Positions 16,712 through 27,223 of a DNA stretch of 64,000 nucleotides are shown in pieces. The DNA is from Candidatus Thorarchaeota archaeon (GTDB taxonomy: Archaea > Asgardarchaeota > Thorarchaeia > Thorarchaeales > Thorarchaeaceae). The notes beneath the pieces are model-generated. The model did not search any database. It saw only the letters and a list, made by a program, of their open reading frames with translations, and was not told the origin of the DNA. Within the stretch, counting starts at the first letter, position 1, and the number at the start of each line of letters is the position of its first letter. The position numbers and the translations under genes were made by a program. The stretch covers positions 64,001 through 128,000 of the forward strand of contig JAFGAR010000028.1 of assembly GCA_016933575.1 (NCBI GenBank). The letters are read 5' to 3'.

Positions 16712-18079
16712 TTGTGTCACATCTTACACGCCGAAACAGACATCATCATAAGGCGATTGCAGCACAAAGCGTTGGAAAAGGAGCTATCCATTTTGACCGA
16801 TCATGACTATCCAGTATCCCCTGAGGTGGAAACAATAGTCGATACTGGGATTAGCCCTATACGCTGGCTAGGGCTAAGCGGTAATCTTTGGAGGCTTGCA
16901 GGAGTAACTGGTATAGCTCAATTCTCGATGAGCCTGTGGGCTTGGCAATTTGGCATATTCCTCGCAGGTGTTGTTGAGAAGTGGCAGATTGGATTGACCT
17001 TTTCAATTGGTACATTCGCAATGATTGTAGGTTATGCGGTTTCAGGAACTGTTGCAGATTTTATTGGTAGGAAAAATGCCATGTCATTTGCATTCATTCC
17101 AATGTTCATCGGATTGGTGTCTCTGAGATTTCTTCCAATATGGCCGCTTGTTCCGTTAGAATATGGTATCACATCTTTCGGGTGGGCATTCATCATTATC
17201 ATGAGTCGAGCGATGCCTGCAGATGAGATTACTATCATTGGCACTGAGAATTCAGCAAGAATTTTCAATATGACCCTGTTGCCTGCATTTTTAGTAGATG
17301 GCATTAGTCCAATTGCTGCAGCGATGCTCCTGCAATCAGGGTATGTCGCTGGAGATTTGCATCTGTTGGCTGCAGTTGGAACCATGGTTGCACTTGTCGC
17401 AAACACAAGGATTGTACGAGAATCTCTCGGTAGAGATGTTATAGAAAAAGCTAAAGCTGGAGCACTGATTTCTTTCAGAGGCTTGGGAAAAAATTTCTGG
17501 ATCTTTACACTGGGCATGTTTGGTTATGTCTTCATGGGAAATCTAGCATTTCCATACTTAGGGAATCTTATCGTGGGAGAATGGGGCTTGGATGAAGCGA
17601 CCTATGGTTATGCCTGGGCTGCATATTCATTCACGAGTGTCATTCTAATGTACAGCGTTAGTGGAGTGACTGATAGAAATGTCCGTGTTGCATTGATAAT
17701 GGCAATCTGGAGCACTGCTGTTATAGTTGGTATATTTGCATTTGGTGAGGGTGTTCTCACACTTGTAATTCTGAATATAGTATGGGCTGCGCCACTAGTA
17801 ATATGGACAGGGGCTGAAAACATCCTTGCTGTAAATGGGGTAGGATCCGAAATGAAAGGACGTGCTCTTGGAACCTATCAGTTTATGATGAGTTCTACAC
17901 GCCTCTTTGGTTCCTTTGTGGGAGCGCTTCTTTGGGACTATTTCGGTAGTCTACGAACAGTCTATAGTATTTCAAGCATAGGTGGATTAATCATTACCAT
18001 TTTTCTTACGTATGCTTTGATGTCAATAAAGTTAGAACGAAAACCCAAAAAAGCACCTGTACTCGGCAAGACCGAGTAA
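16712..18079 (+). CDS. MFS transporter
   Basis: About 12 hydrophobic segments; motif A SGTVADFIGRK; MKGRALGTYQ. Start may be TTG 16793. Confidence 0.85.
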   Translation: MCHILHAETDIIIRRLQHKALEKELSILTDHDYPVSPEVETIVDTGISPIRWLGLSGNLWRLAGVTGIAQFSMSLWAWQFGIFLAGVVEKWQIGLTFSIGTFAMIVGYAVSGTVADFIGRKNAMSFAFIPMFIGLVSLRFLPIWPLVPLEYGITSFGWAFIIIMSRAMPADEITIIGTENSARIFNMTLLPAFLVDGISPIAAAMLLQSGYVAGDLHLLAAVGTMVALVANTRIVRESLGRDVIEKAKAGALISFRGLGKNFWIFTLGMFGYVFMGNLAFPYLGNLIVGEWGLDEATYGYAWAAYSFTSVILMYSVSGVTDRNVRVALIMAIWSTAVIVGIFAFGEGVLTLVILNIVWAAPLVIWTGAENILAVNGVGSEMKGRALGTYQFMMSSTRLFGSFVGALLWDYFGSLRTVYSISSIGGLIITIFLTYALMSIKLERKPKKAPVLGKTE

Positions 18080-18110
18080 TGTTCTTAACTGAACTTGGGT
18101 GGTACATTAA

Positions 18111-20054
18111 TTGTCTGGAGTCGTGGGGAAAGAAATGACTGATGACACTTCTTTCATTGGCCGCCGCCTCAAACAGAGTGGAGATCTACTCCTTGGCGGA
18201 GCTCGTAGACAAGTTGAGGATTATAAAGGCAAATTTGGTGGTCTGAAGGGAGTCTATGACGAGTTTCTTTCAAAACTACTTGTAACCTATCCAAATGCGT
18301 TATTCAATTGCAGATTTGTTGATGATTTTTTCAAGAAACGAACACTTTCATTAGCAGGGATAGATGGTACTGTTTTCAAACATGATATTTTCGATCTTCT
18401 CATCTTTTTTGCAGGAGCCTACTCAGCTCATGGTGAAATCAAAATAGATGACAAAGGTAAGGCAGAGATCAGCTATGATGAGAAATATCTAGAGAGAGGT
18501 CTTGGTGTGTCAAGTGTCTTACCAGTATATATCAACGAGGTTCCTCAAATTGATCAGACACTACTTGTCAGAGCAGAGGATGGAGATGTCGACCATTCCA
18601 TAACCTACTCTGATAGTTGGGTGGTTGATAATTCAGCATTTGCTGACTATCTAATGGGATTGTCAGAATTCTACCTTGCGTATAGACTTGTGAGTTCTGA
18701 GAATCCTGTGGACATCCTATTGTTGGATCGCGTGTTTTCCTCTGAAATTGCATCGTTCTATGCAGAGACCTCGGATTTTCGATTGAATCTTGACCATGAT
18801 TGTGGATTAATTGGTTACAGGATAGGAGGAAGACCATTCTCAAAGACTGAATGGGTCTATGCTCGAAGATTATTTGGGACTCTGGACCTTGGAACGCCTC
18901 CTGCTCGTGGAGAGAATCTTTTATCACGTGTCATTTTGGAATTGATGAATGCAAGTGGACATAGTCTAACGAGAGCAGAACTAGTTCGTTTACTTGGACT
19001 AGATAATGAGTTTAGACAATCCAGATTGGATAAGGAACTGAAGAAAGGAATTCGTGGTTCTGGAGAGATTGAAGGCATAATACTCAGAGATAGGGATAAC
19101 TTTGTCCTAAAACCTCAATATAGGGACCTCAAAGCACGTATCAAGCTACTAGTTGATGAAGTCTGTGGAAGACTCTTTTCACCTGATGCAGAAGTGACCT
19201 ATGAGGATCGTTTCAAAATCAATGGTCGCTGGCTTACAACAAATGACCTTGCATTTCTTAGTCTTGTTTCACTGTTGTTGACTATTGATCAGAGTTGGAA
19301 GAATCCAACCCTCCTTGTTGGTGTTGCGAAAGACACGTCAGCTCGAGATCTTAAACGACAAGTCTTGCCGGTTTTGAATTATGTCAATCGCTTCAAAGGT
19401 GGATTTGTTGATAGAGGTGAGGATACACCGGATACCGACAGGATGATTCTACAGTGGGTTTCATTGCATGAGCGAGACAGACTTAAAGTTCCTTGGGCAA
19501 CAGTTGAATATGATACAGCATTCAAGACAATTGTTCCGCATCTTGAGAGATTGCCGGGTGTCGTTTCTGGAGCTAGAAGGAATCAGATTTCTTTGGAGAA
19601 GACATTTCTAAAATCCTATTTCCAACTGTGCCAAGCAGCTTCTGACCCAAAATTAAGGAGCAATGTGCTTCTATATGATCGCTTGGTCTACCCATTTTAT
19701 GATATCAGACCAGGCAAAGTTGTTACGTTAAAACACGACTATGAGAACCGACCAGATTTTCCTGAACCTGTTGAAGTCATTTTCTTTGAGGGTCAGGACA
19801 ATCCAATCCAGTCATTTATCATCTCACTCTTCGGGATGATGACAAGTAATAGCATTCCAGAACTATTTGGACATCTTAAACCATTATACGTTGCTGATAA
19901 GGTAGCTAAATATCATTACACACAAATTAAAGGTATGATAGAGAGTACAGGGAACTGGTTGATGAATCGTCCAGACCTGCGTGAGTTCCTATTCTATCTT
20001 AGCAGTTTCAGAGAACGGAGGACTAGTATTGAGCAATCAAGACGAACACCATAA
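18111..20054 (+). CDS. nurA: NurA-family nuclease, enlarged (internal wHTH-like insert)
   Basis: LAGIDGT, DILLLDR, LVGVAKDT, TDRMIL, GHLKPLYVADKVAK. Directly upstream of a HerA ATPase. Start may be ATG 18135. Confidence 0.72.
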   Translation: MSGVVGKEMTDDTSFIGRRLKQSGDLLLGGARRQVEDYKGKFGGLKGVYDEFLSKLLVTYPNALFNCRFVDDFFKKRTLSLAGIDGTVFKHDIFDLLIFFAGAYSAHGEIKIDDKGKAEISYDEKYLERGLGVSSVLPVYINEVPQIDQTLLVRAEDGDVDHSITYSDSWVVDNSAFADYLMGLSEFYLAYRLVSSENPVDILLLDRVFSSEIASFYAETSDFRLNLDHDCGLIGYRIGGRPFSKTEWVYARRLFGTLDLGTPPARGENLLSRVILELMNASGHSLTRAELVRLLGLDNEFRQSRLDKELKKGIRGSGEIEGIILRDRDNFVLKPQYRDLKARIKLLVDEVCGRLFSPDAEVTYEDRFKINGRWLTTNDLAFLSLVSLLLTIDQSWKNPTLLVGVAKDTSARDLKRQVLPVLNYVNRFKGGFVDRGEDTPDTDRMILQWVSLHERDRLKVPWATVEYDTAFKTIVPHLERLPGVVSGARRNQISLEKTFLKSYFQLCQAASDPKLRSNVLLYDRLVYPFYDIRPGKVVTLKHDYENRPDFPEPVEVIFFEGQDNPIQSFIISLFGMMTSNSIPELFGHLKPLYVADKVAKYHYTQIKGMIESTGNWLMNRPDLREFLFYLSSFRERRTSIEQSRRTP

Positions 20055-21909
20055 GAAATACTTCACAGATTTCGATGGAGCTTTTGAAGGCAGGCTCGCA
20101 AGGGTAATTCCAATTGCTGCAAATTATACTTCAGAATGGGCTGGTTCAGCAGCTCGGTATGATTGTAGAATCAAAATCCGATATAACAAGGAACTCATGG
20201 CTCAACTCGAAGAAGGAATGCTGCTCGCTGTAAAGAATTTCAGAGGACAATCGAAGAAGTCTGTAAAGGGAAAAATCGAACGATACACTGTAATGGTAAT
20301 TAGCAAAGTTTGGCCTCTACATTATGGATTAGGTGGTGTGAGTGATAGTCACTATTATCCATTGCAGATGGAAATCATAGAACAGGCTGTGCCAGACTGG
20401 TCTACTGATGACCAGGCAACCATGATGGTGCATATGACAGCAATTCCAATTAACTATGATCTAATTGTCGATGCAAAGGGAGAGATTAGTTTCAAGAAGG
20501 GCTTCTCATATCCTCTTATTGGTGAGCGCGTTCATGTCATTAACATGGAAACAGTGGATTTCATCTACAATTCAAAGGTGAAGGAATCAATAGGTTTCAC
20601 AAAGTCCACTTCAAGTGCAGATCCTAAAAAAGATCCACGCGTAGGAGTTCTTAGAATGTTCATGGAGTCTGAAAAAGAGATTCCTATCTATGTTGACCTT
20701 CCCAAACTTGTACGTTATCACTTTGGTGTGTTCAGCTTCACAGGTGGAGGTAAGAGTAATCTACTCTCAAACCTGTTCAGACGAATTTTGTATTATTCAG
20801 AAGACACAAAGCTGGTTCTCTTTGATATCAGTTGTGAGTACCCGTTTCTTCTCAGTGATGTGTTCATGGATCCTAAGATTCCAAGCTTGATAGTTCTTGA
20901 AGAAGAAGCGAAAACAGCTGAGCAGTTCGCACGTTCAATTGTAAAACCTCGTGACTTTGAGGAGGATGATATGGCAAACGAAGTTCTGAAACAAATTTAT
21001 TCCAAAAGGAAAGTATCCTACTTCAACAGACCTCAAACTCAAGTCCCAACCTTTGGAAGTCTCATTCAAGAGATGAAAGGAATACGCACTGATAACTCTG
21101 CCAAACCTACTTACGTTCAAGCAATAGATGAGGTAATAGATGCTATCGTTCAATATATGGAGATAGAGAATAGGTCAGATCATGAAGAGATAGATGAGGA
21201 TGTTGTTGATCTACTCGATGCAGAAGCTAAGAAAGCTGTTGCCACCTTTCAAGTGCATGATAAATCCACGCTCTATGCATGGGCAACAACGCGAGGCACA
21301 CTGAAAGCAGTGATTGCTCGAGCAAAGAAAGCAAGTTCCACTGGTGTGACTGTAAAAGATCTTCTGAAGAAATTGTCAGGACCGGAGAGAGTGATTTGCA
21401 TATCTATTGCAGATCCAGACACCCTCAGAGACCTCGTTATCAAATTGACGGGTGCAGCTCTAAGGTATCGAAAGATGAGTTTCGAAATAAAACCCCAAAT
21501 CCTATTCGTCTTCGATGAGGCTCAAGAATTCATTCCATCAGGAGCCAGTGGCCATTTAGCACAGACAAGTTATGCTGTTGAGCGACTTCTACGACAAGGA
21601 AGAAAGTACGGATTAGGTGGTGCCTTAGCAACACAACGAATTGCGTATCTGAATACTAACATACTTCAGCAATTACACACATTCTTTGTAGGAACACTCC
21701 CAAGGCCATATGACAGAACTGTAGTCAGCAGCTCATTCCAAATTGATTTGAGTATTCTAGACAAGACACTGGAATTCCCACCTGGTTCATGGCTATTATC
21801 CAGCTATATTGCCACCGGATTGGATAATGTACCTGTCTTTGTAAAAGCAGATAATTCCGAAGATGTTCTTCGAGATCATATCTCAAAAATGTCAAAGACA
21901 TCGAAGTAG
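20029..21909 (+). CDS. herA: HerA/FtsK-family ATPase
   Basis: N-terminal HAS-barrel-like region, HFGVFSFTGGGKSN (Walker A), FDISCEY, FVFDEAQEF (Walker B), RQGRKYGLG, LATQR. Start set at TTG 20029 after GGAGG; overlaps the nurA end. Confidence 0.85.
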   Translation: MSNQDEHHKKYFTDFDGAFEGRLARVIPIAANYTSEWAGSAARYDCRIKIRYNKELMAQLEEGMLLAVKNFRGQSKKSVKGKIERYTVMVISKVWPLHYGLGGVSDSHYYPLQMEIIEQAVPDWSTDDQATMMVHMTAIPINYDLIVDAKGEISFKKGFSYPLIGERVHVINMETVDFIYNSKVKESIGFTKSTSSADPKKDPRVGVLRMFMESEKEIPIYVDLPKLVRYHFGVFSFTGGGKSNLLSNLFRRILYYSEDTKLVLFDISCEYPFLLSDVFMDPKIPSLIVLEEEAKTAEQFARSIVKPRDFEEDDMANEVLKQIYSKRKVSYFNRPQTQVPTFGSLIQEMKGIRTDNSAKPTYVQAIDEVIDAIVQYMEIENRSDHEEIDEDVVDLLDAEAKKAVATFQVHDKSTLYAWATTRGTLKAVIARAKKASSTGVTVKDLLKKLSGPERVICISIADPDTLRDLVIKLTGAALRYRKMSFEIKPQILFVFDEAQEFIPSGASGHLAQTSYAVERLLRQGRKYGLGGALATQRIAYLNTNILQQLHTFFVGTLPRPYDRTVVSSSFQIDLSILDKTLEFPPGSWLLSSYIATGLDNVPVFVKADNSEDVLRDHISKMSKTSK

Positions 21910-21937
21910 AAAAAGATTGAGAGAAGAGAGTATGTAA

Positions 21938-22666
21938 TTAGCTCTCTTTCGCCTCAAATCTTTCATGGATTTCTTCAATTTGATGAATAGTAGTTGTTGA
22001 AGCAAGTTCTCCAAATAGATGGCCTGATTTTTTGGCTTTGGTCTCAAGATAAGCTCTGCTGTACTCTGATGGCTCCACTATCAGTGGAATTCTCTCATCA
22101 ATCTGAATTCCTGCACTTCTCAATTGATGGATTTTCTCAGGGTTGTTAGTCAACAATTTTATAGATTTGACTTTCAAATTCTTCAGTATATTTGCAGCGA
22201 TACCATAATCTCGTTCATCTGGTTGATAACCAAGGTGTATATTTGCATCAATTGTGTCGAGTCCCTCATCTTGAAGTGCATAGGCTTTGATTTTTTCAGT
22301 TAGCCCAATATTTCGACCTTCTTGTCGAAGATAGAGGACAACGCCTGTTCCTTCTTTTTCAATAATCTTTAGAGACTCAAGAAGTTGATCTCGACAATCG
22401 CAACGTTTGCTGCCCATTACATCACCAGTGAGGCATTCTGAATGAACCCTAGTAACAACTCCAGTCTTATTGACAATATCTCCCTTGATAATTGCCGTAT
22501 GTTCTTTCCCATCACAGGGACTGACAAATCCACAGATTTGAAAATCGCCGAATCTACTTGGCAGATTGGCAATAGCAACAAGCTGCACACAGCACTCATC
22601 AGTGGTACATACTTGCTTTTCACTAGCATCGAGGAGCATACTAATTTGTTCTTCAGTCAATTTCAT
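21938..22666 (-). CDS. ribA: GTP cyclohydrolase II
   Basis: RVHSECLTGD..SKRCDCRDQL, YLRQEGRNIGL, KIKAYALQD, DERDY, LLTNNPEK, YLETKAKKSGH. Confidence 0.95.
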   Translation of the reverse strand: MKLTEEQISMLLDASEKQVCTTDECCVQLVAIANLPSRFGDFQICGFVSPCDGKEHTAIIKGDIVNKTGVVTRVHSECLTGDVMGSKRCDCRDQLLESLKIIEKEGTGVVLYLRQEGRNIGLTEKIKAYALQDEGLDTIDANIHLGYQPDERDYGIAANILKNLKVKSIKLLTNNPEKIHQLRSAGIQIDERIPLIVEPSEYSRAYLETKAKKSGHLFGELASTTTIHQIEEIHERFEAKES

Positions 22667-22797
22667 CGATTACATCTCCTTTTCTGACCTGGTTCTCTTT
22701 TTCATTATGAATAAAGACCTTGCCTTATGTCTTTCCGGCATCGCTAAATATGATAGATAAATCTCATAGCCATAATACCTGTTCTGGAGAACTCGCA

Positions 22798-23871
22798 ATG
22801 ACTCGAGACCACAAGAAAGTTATCGACAAGATGCAAGAGATACTCAAGGAAACAACCAAGAGATATGCATTCAAAAAACTCGAGAAAGAAATTATACAGA
22901 CTGGAGCATGCGTTGAATGTGGAGCCTGTGTTGCTGCCTGTCCTGTTGATGCAATCAGTGGAGAGCGTCTGAACAACAAGTATATTCCATCACTCACTGG
23001 GGAATGTATTTCGTGTGGCATTTGTTATGCGATGTGTCCTAGAACTTACCCATTACAAAACCAATTGCTTGGGAGATTTCGAAGTGCGTGGAAAGTAAAA
23101 GCCTCCGATAATCATCCTCGACAGGATGGTGGAGCTGTCAACGCTATTCTCGGATATATGCTTGATAGCAATATGATTGAAGCAGCAGTCGTAGCATGCC
23201 AATCAAAAGACATACCATGGTTGCCAGAGCCCAGAACTGCTACCAATTCCAGTGAACTATGGAGATGCGGTGGAACAATCTATACTCATGCACAGACAGT
23301 CAATGAAATGCTTGAAAACTATAAGAAGGGACTATCGTCGTTGGCGGTTGTTGGCACAGCTTGTAATATTGAATCAATTCATCGAATGAAGGAACACCAC
23401 GCAGGACTGTTTGCCATTGATAAAGATGCAAGTATCTTCACTATCAGTCTCTTCTGTATGGAATCTTTCAACTATCAGGACCTTGTTGTATTTCTAAAGA
23501 GGGAAGGAATAATGATTGATGATGTTGAACGTTTTGCTATTGCGGGAGGAGAATTCAAGATTACAATCAAAGAACAGGAGAGAACTTGGCCTGTAAGTGA
23601 TCTTGATTCAGCAGCTGCTACATCATGTGCTTATTGCAATGACCTGACAGGATTTATGGCAGACCTATCATGTGGAAATATTGGTTCAGAAGAGGGTTGG
23701 ACTACTGTCTTAGTTCGTTCAGCCAGAGGAGAAGAAGTGCTCCATGCCGCCCACAAGGCTGGAAACATCGAAATTGAACCATTAGGAGACAAGGCATTAA
23801 ACACACTATCAAATTCAGCCAGATTCAAGATGAATAAATTCTATATACTACGTTCACCTCATACAGAGTGA
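22798..23871 (+). CDS. FrhB/FdhB-family F420-binding subunit with N-terminal 2x[4Fe-4S] ferredoxin (FpoF-like)
   Basis: CVECGACVAACP, CISCGICYAMCP, QDGGAV, VGTAC, LFCMESF, CAYCND, GNIGSEEGWTTVLVRS. ATG 22798 follows GGAGA. Confidence 0.88.
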   Translation: MTRDHKKVIDKMQEILKETTKRYAFKKLEKEIIQTGACVECGACVAACPVDAISGERLNNKYIPSLTGECISCGICYAMCPRTYPLQNQLLGRFRSAWKVKASDNHPRQDGGAVNAILGYMLDSNMIEAAVVACQSKDIPWLPEPRTATNSSELWRCGGTIYTHAQTVNEMLENYKKGLSSLAVVGTACNIESIHRMKEHHAGLFAIDKDASIFTISLFCMESFNYQDLVVFLKREGIMIDDVERFAIAGGEFKITIKEQERTWPVSDLDSAAATSCAYCNDLTGFMADLSCGNIGSEEGWTTVLVRSARGEEVLHAAHKAGNIEIEPLGDKALNTLSNSARFKMNKFYILRSPHTE

Positions 23872-23916
23872 ATAATGCTGTATTCACCATCCACGATTGC
23901 GTAGATTGACTCTTAA

Positions 23917-25674
23917 TTATTTGACTTTAGTCCGGAAGTACAGAACTGCAATTACTAGAAGAGAGAGTCCACCAAGCAAAACAACTATAGCATAGAGAGG
24001 CGCAGGAGCTGTATTAGAACTCATCTTTGTAACAGTGATACTCGTCCAATCGGTTTCTTGAACATTGTTCAATGAGGAATTATCCACTGCAATTACCTTG
24101 TACCAGACTATTGAACCATGAGTGTATTCACCAAGATGGGCAATGAAGTAATCAGCAATCTCTGCAAGATCCATAGCTTTGGTCTCAAACGTAAAACCTG
24201 CATCCTGTGGATTGCCAATACTCCATTCAATAGTAATGCTTGAGATGTTATTAAGATCCCAAACATATGCCTGAACAGTGATGTTATTGGTCGATGGAGA
24301 ATTCAAGGTCTGAATGACTTGTACTCCAGAAATTATTGGATTATGTGCATCTGGTTCTACTTCAACTACAATTACTGCAAACGAAGTGGCGTTAAAGTAA
24401 TCCTTGAGCGTTAAGTTGTATGTGTAAGTACCCACAGCCAGTTTATCAACATTGATTGTTATGTTTTCACCACGCCATGTGCCGTTCAACAAGACAGTGC
24501 TATCTAGTGTAAGATTGAATGATAGTGGATTACTCTCTTCAGCACTCCAAGTAAGAGCATAACCCGTGTATCCTTCTTCATACGTAAGATCATCATCTGC
24601 CGTTATGATTGGTGCTCGAATATCTTTGTATATAGTGAGATTAACAATGTCTTGTGATGATCTCTCAAAATCATCAAAAGCTGTTATGATGAATGAATAG
24701 TTCCCAAGAAAGAGACCATCAAGAAGAACAGTGATATTCTGACCTTCTGGATTTGGAAAACTCCAATCAGCCTGAGAGATGTTCACAAATGAATGAAATG
24801 CTGATACATTTCCATATGTTGTATCATTGTAGAGAATTACAGCATCTATAGTGTAGTTTTTCGGATTGCTATCATAGACGAACCATTTTATCTCATGTCC
24901 TGTTGAGCCAAACTCAAATGAAACATCAGCGGGAGAAGAAACTACTGGGTTAGTCAGGTCAGGTAGAACTGTGACATTCACAAAACTCGTTGCATTTCGA
25001 CCAAATGTGTCATTGACAAATAGTGTGTAAATATACCAATGGCTTTCGTTCAATCCATCGACATTGATGATGATATCATCACCATCCCATGAACCGCTAG
25101 CAATCTCGGTATAATTCGTACCACTTTCGTTAGACTCGCGTGTAACATTATAAAAGTCAGGATTTGACTCGGTGATGTTCCAATGAATCTCATGACCAAA
25201 AGAACCAACCTCATAGGTAATGTTATCGTGGGATTGAATGATTGGTGCACTCTCATCCAGTATTACACGGACTGTGGTTGATACTGAAGCTGATTCATTC
25301 TGTTGATTGAACACTTTGACAACGAAATTGAATTCTGTTGGTAGTGTATCAATCATGTTTCGAGTGTAGAGATATATTAGGTATAACGTAATATCATCTC
25401 CATCCCAAATGCCACTATCATAAATTGTGCCATTGGCAGTGATAGAGTAGTTCTTTGGAGATGCATCAGAAGCCGTGTATACGATGGTTTCTCCTGCGCT
25501 TCCATTTTCAAATTGATAGAAGGAAGGACCAGTAATCGTTGGAGCAGCAGGTTTCATTATCGTGACCGGACCTTGATTAATGCTCACATAACTGACAGAA
25601 ATCATGTAAGGTGATAATATAATCCAAGTAAATATGAGAGCGAATATGAAACAACGTCGATTACGCAAGGCCAT
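23917..25674 (-). CDS. Surface glycoprotein with four ~100-aa Ig/HYR-like repeats and a C-terminal anchor
   Basis: Repeats AP.I...D..(Y/F)E.G..G..I.W...(D/E)SNP..Y....G.W.G..I...VDGL. Hydrophobic N- and C-termini, basic tail. Confidence 0.85.
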   Translation of the reverse strand: MALRNRRCFIFALIFTWIILSPYMISVSYVSINQGPVTIMKPAAPTITGPSFYQFENGSAGETIVYTASDASPKNYSITANGTIYDSGIWDGDDITLYLIYLYTRNMIDTLPTEFNFVVKVFNQQNESASVSTTVRVILDESAPIIQSHDNITYEVGSFGHEIHWNITESNPDFYNVTRESNESGTNYTEIASGSWDGDDIIINVDGLNESHWYIYTLFVNDTFGRNATSFVNVTVLPDLTNPVVSSPADVSFEFGSTGHEIKWFVYDSNPKNYTIDAVILYNDTTYGNVSAFHSFVNISQADWSFPNPEGQNITVLLDGLFLGNYSFIITAFDDFERSSQDIVNLTIYKDIRAPIITADDDLTYEEGYTGYALTWSAEESNPLSFNLTLDSTVLLNGTWRGENITINVDKLAVGTYTYNLTLKDYFNATSFAVIVVEVEPDAHNPIISGVQVIQTLNSPSTNNITVQAYVWDLNNISSITIEWSIGNPQDAGFTFETKAMDLAEIADYFIAHLGEYTHGSIVWYKVIAVDNSSLNNVQETDWTSITVTKMSSNTAPAPLYAIVVLLGGLSLLVIAVLYFRTKVK

Positions 25675-25839
25675 CTATGATACATCCTATGTTACGATTC
25701 ACACGTGTTGACCGGTCGAACTTCAGAGTGTGGTTTTATACTCTTCGGTACTTCAACGACTGCACAATTCCGTTATGGGATATTTATCAAGAATAGGCTG
25801 ATAAGAGTATAAGTCACTCTGAAAATAAGACTAAGTCAC

Positions 25840-26790
25840 ATGGGGACAGTGACTAAGGGGAATCTTATAGTGCCAAAGGCAATCTTTTCCATTTGGTGGG
25901 ATGATAGATTAGGACCAATGGTCGGTCGATCCTATCCCGAGGCTGCACCACTGACAAGTGAAGAGGCTGTCACCGTGTTCATGGGACATGGCGTAAATCA
26001 GGAAACAGAGATAGGATATTCAAAGATACAGAGCGGTCTAGTAATTTCGTATATGCGACCACCAAATTGCCTTGTTGTGCTTCTTGAGCAAGGCGAAAAC
26101 AGTGCATCTATCGAACGTAACTTGTTGCGTTTAGCTCCCACTATAGATTTTGATAGTGATAATTGGGATAAAGAACTAGAAAAGGCATTTCATGGGTTAA
26201 AAGATTTAATCACTGAGACCTCTGGTGAAGAACTGCTATTGAATCCAAGCGTGAAAATGTTAGTTGGAGATATGATGTCAGGAAGATTACAGAAAATTAT
26301 TCCGAAACATGTTCTAAAGGCGACAGTGAGATACCCTGAGGCTCATCAATACCTAGGTAATGATGACGATGAGGTCTCAAGGCTGTTAAGAGACCTTGAA
26401 GATGAAGAAGTATTGGAATCCCGAACCTTTGGGCGTAAGGTTGAATGTCGACAATGTGGAAACTCTGATCTCTTGGTGGAATTGCAGTGTCCTACCTGCT
26501 ATTCTAGTGATATCCACAAAGTGTACACAGTATTTTGCCCAAAGTGTAGCAATCAATTTCATGCAGTGATTGTAGATGATTTGGCAGAGGTGACATGCGT
26601 CAATTGTAAACAGCCAGTGAAAGTCAATGAACTTGCTGTAATTGATGTCGAGCCCCTATGTAATGCATGTGGAACAGCTTCGAATGATCCAAAAATAGTA
26701 TTCAGATGCGCTACTTGTGGAAAGCAACTTAAAGGAGCAGATTTGCTTTCGGGGACTGGTCTGGCATATTATTTTAGAGTATCAGGTTGA
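25840..26790 (+). CDS. Longin (uDENN/NPR2-like) domain fused to wHTH + multi-CxxC (TackOD1-like) region
   Basis: AIFSIWWDDRLGPMVGRSYP resembles the F(x)3-4[DH]xxxGPxxxxxxP longin signature. LLRDLEDEEVLES helix, then CRQC, CPTC, CPKC, CVNC, CNAC, CATC. Start may be GTG 25870. Confidence 0.65.
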   Translation: MGTVTKGNLIVPKAIFSIWWDDRLGPMVGRSYPEAAPLTSEEAVTVFMGHGVNQETEIGYSKIQSGLVISYMRPPNCLVVLLEQGENSASIERNLLRLAPTIDFDSDNWDKELEKAFHGLKDLITETSGEELLLNPSVKMLVGDMMSGRLQKIIPKHVLKATVRYPEAHQYLGNDDDEVSRLLRDLEDEEVLESRTFGRKVECRQCGNSDLLVELQCPTCYSSDIHKVYTVFCPKCSNQFHAVIVDDLAEVTCVNCKQPVKVNELAVIDVEPLCNACGTASNDPKIVFRCATCGKQLKGADLLSGTGLAYYFRVSG

Positions 26791-26825
26791 ATTGTAGTAT
26801 ATAATTTTCACAGGATTGAACTTGT

Positions 26826-27143
26826 TTGTTGTATGAACAGATTACAGATGAACCACGCCTTGCTAGCAAGAGCTGGATGACGGATTGTACAGAACCATTA
26901 ATCCCAGGTGAGAACAATGATATGCTTGCAAGTGTCTTCACAGGAACAGGAGTGTTAATCCATGCGCATCCTTTGAATAAGAGGATTGCAATGAGAGGAT
27001 GCGGCAATTGTGAGAGTATGAATGTTCTAGTTATTTATGCTCAATGGTCTGTAAGCACAGCAAGTGGAGATGCCTATTGGGATTATGAGATATTGTGCAA
27101 TGATTGTCAGAAATATACATCACGGTCCTTTTCAGAAAATTAG
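26826..27143 (+). CDS. Small Zn-ribbon protein
   Basis: CGNC and CNDC pairs; fills the gap between co-oriented genes. Confidence 0.6.
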   Translation: MLYEQITDEPRLASKSWMTDCTEPLIPGENNDMLASVFTGTGVLIHAHPLNKRIAMRGCGNCESMNVLVIYAQWSVSTASGDAYWDYEILCNDCQKYTSRSFSEN

Positions 27144-27223
27144 TACCTTTTTAGAAAATGCATATATCAGAGAGATACCAGTCGATTTCTATCAAAGTGA
27201 AATGTACAGAAGGATACTCTATT

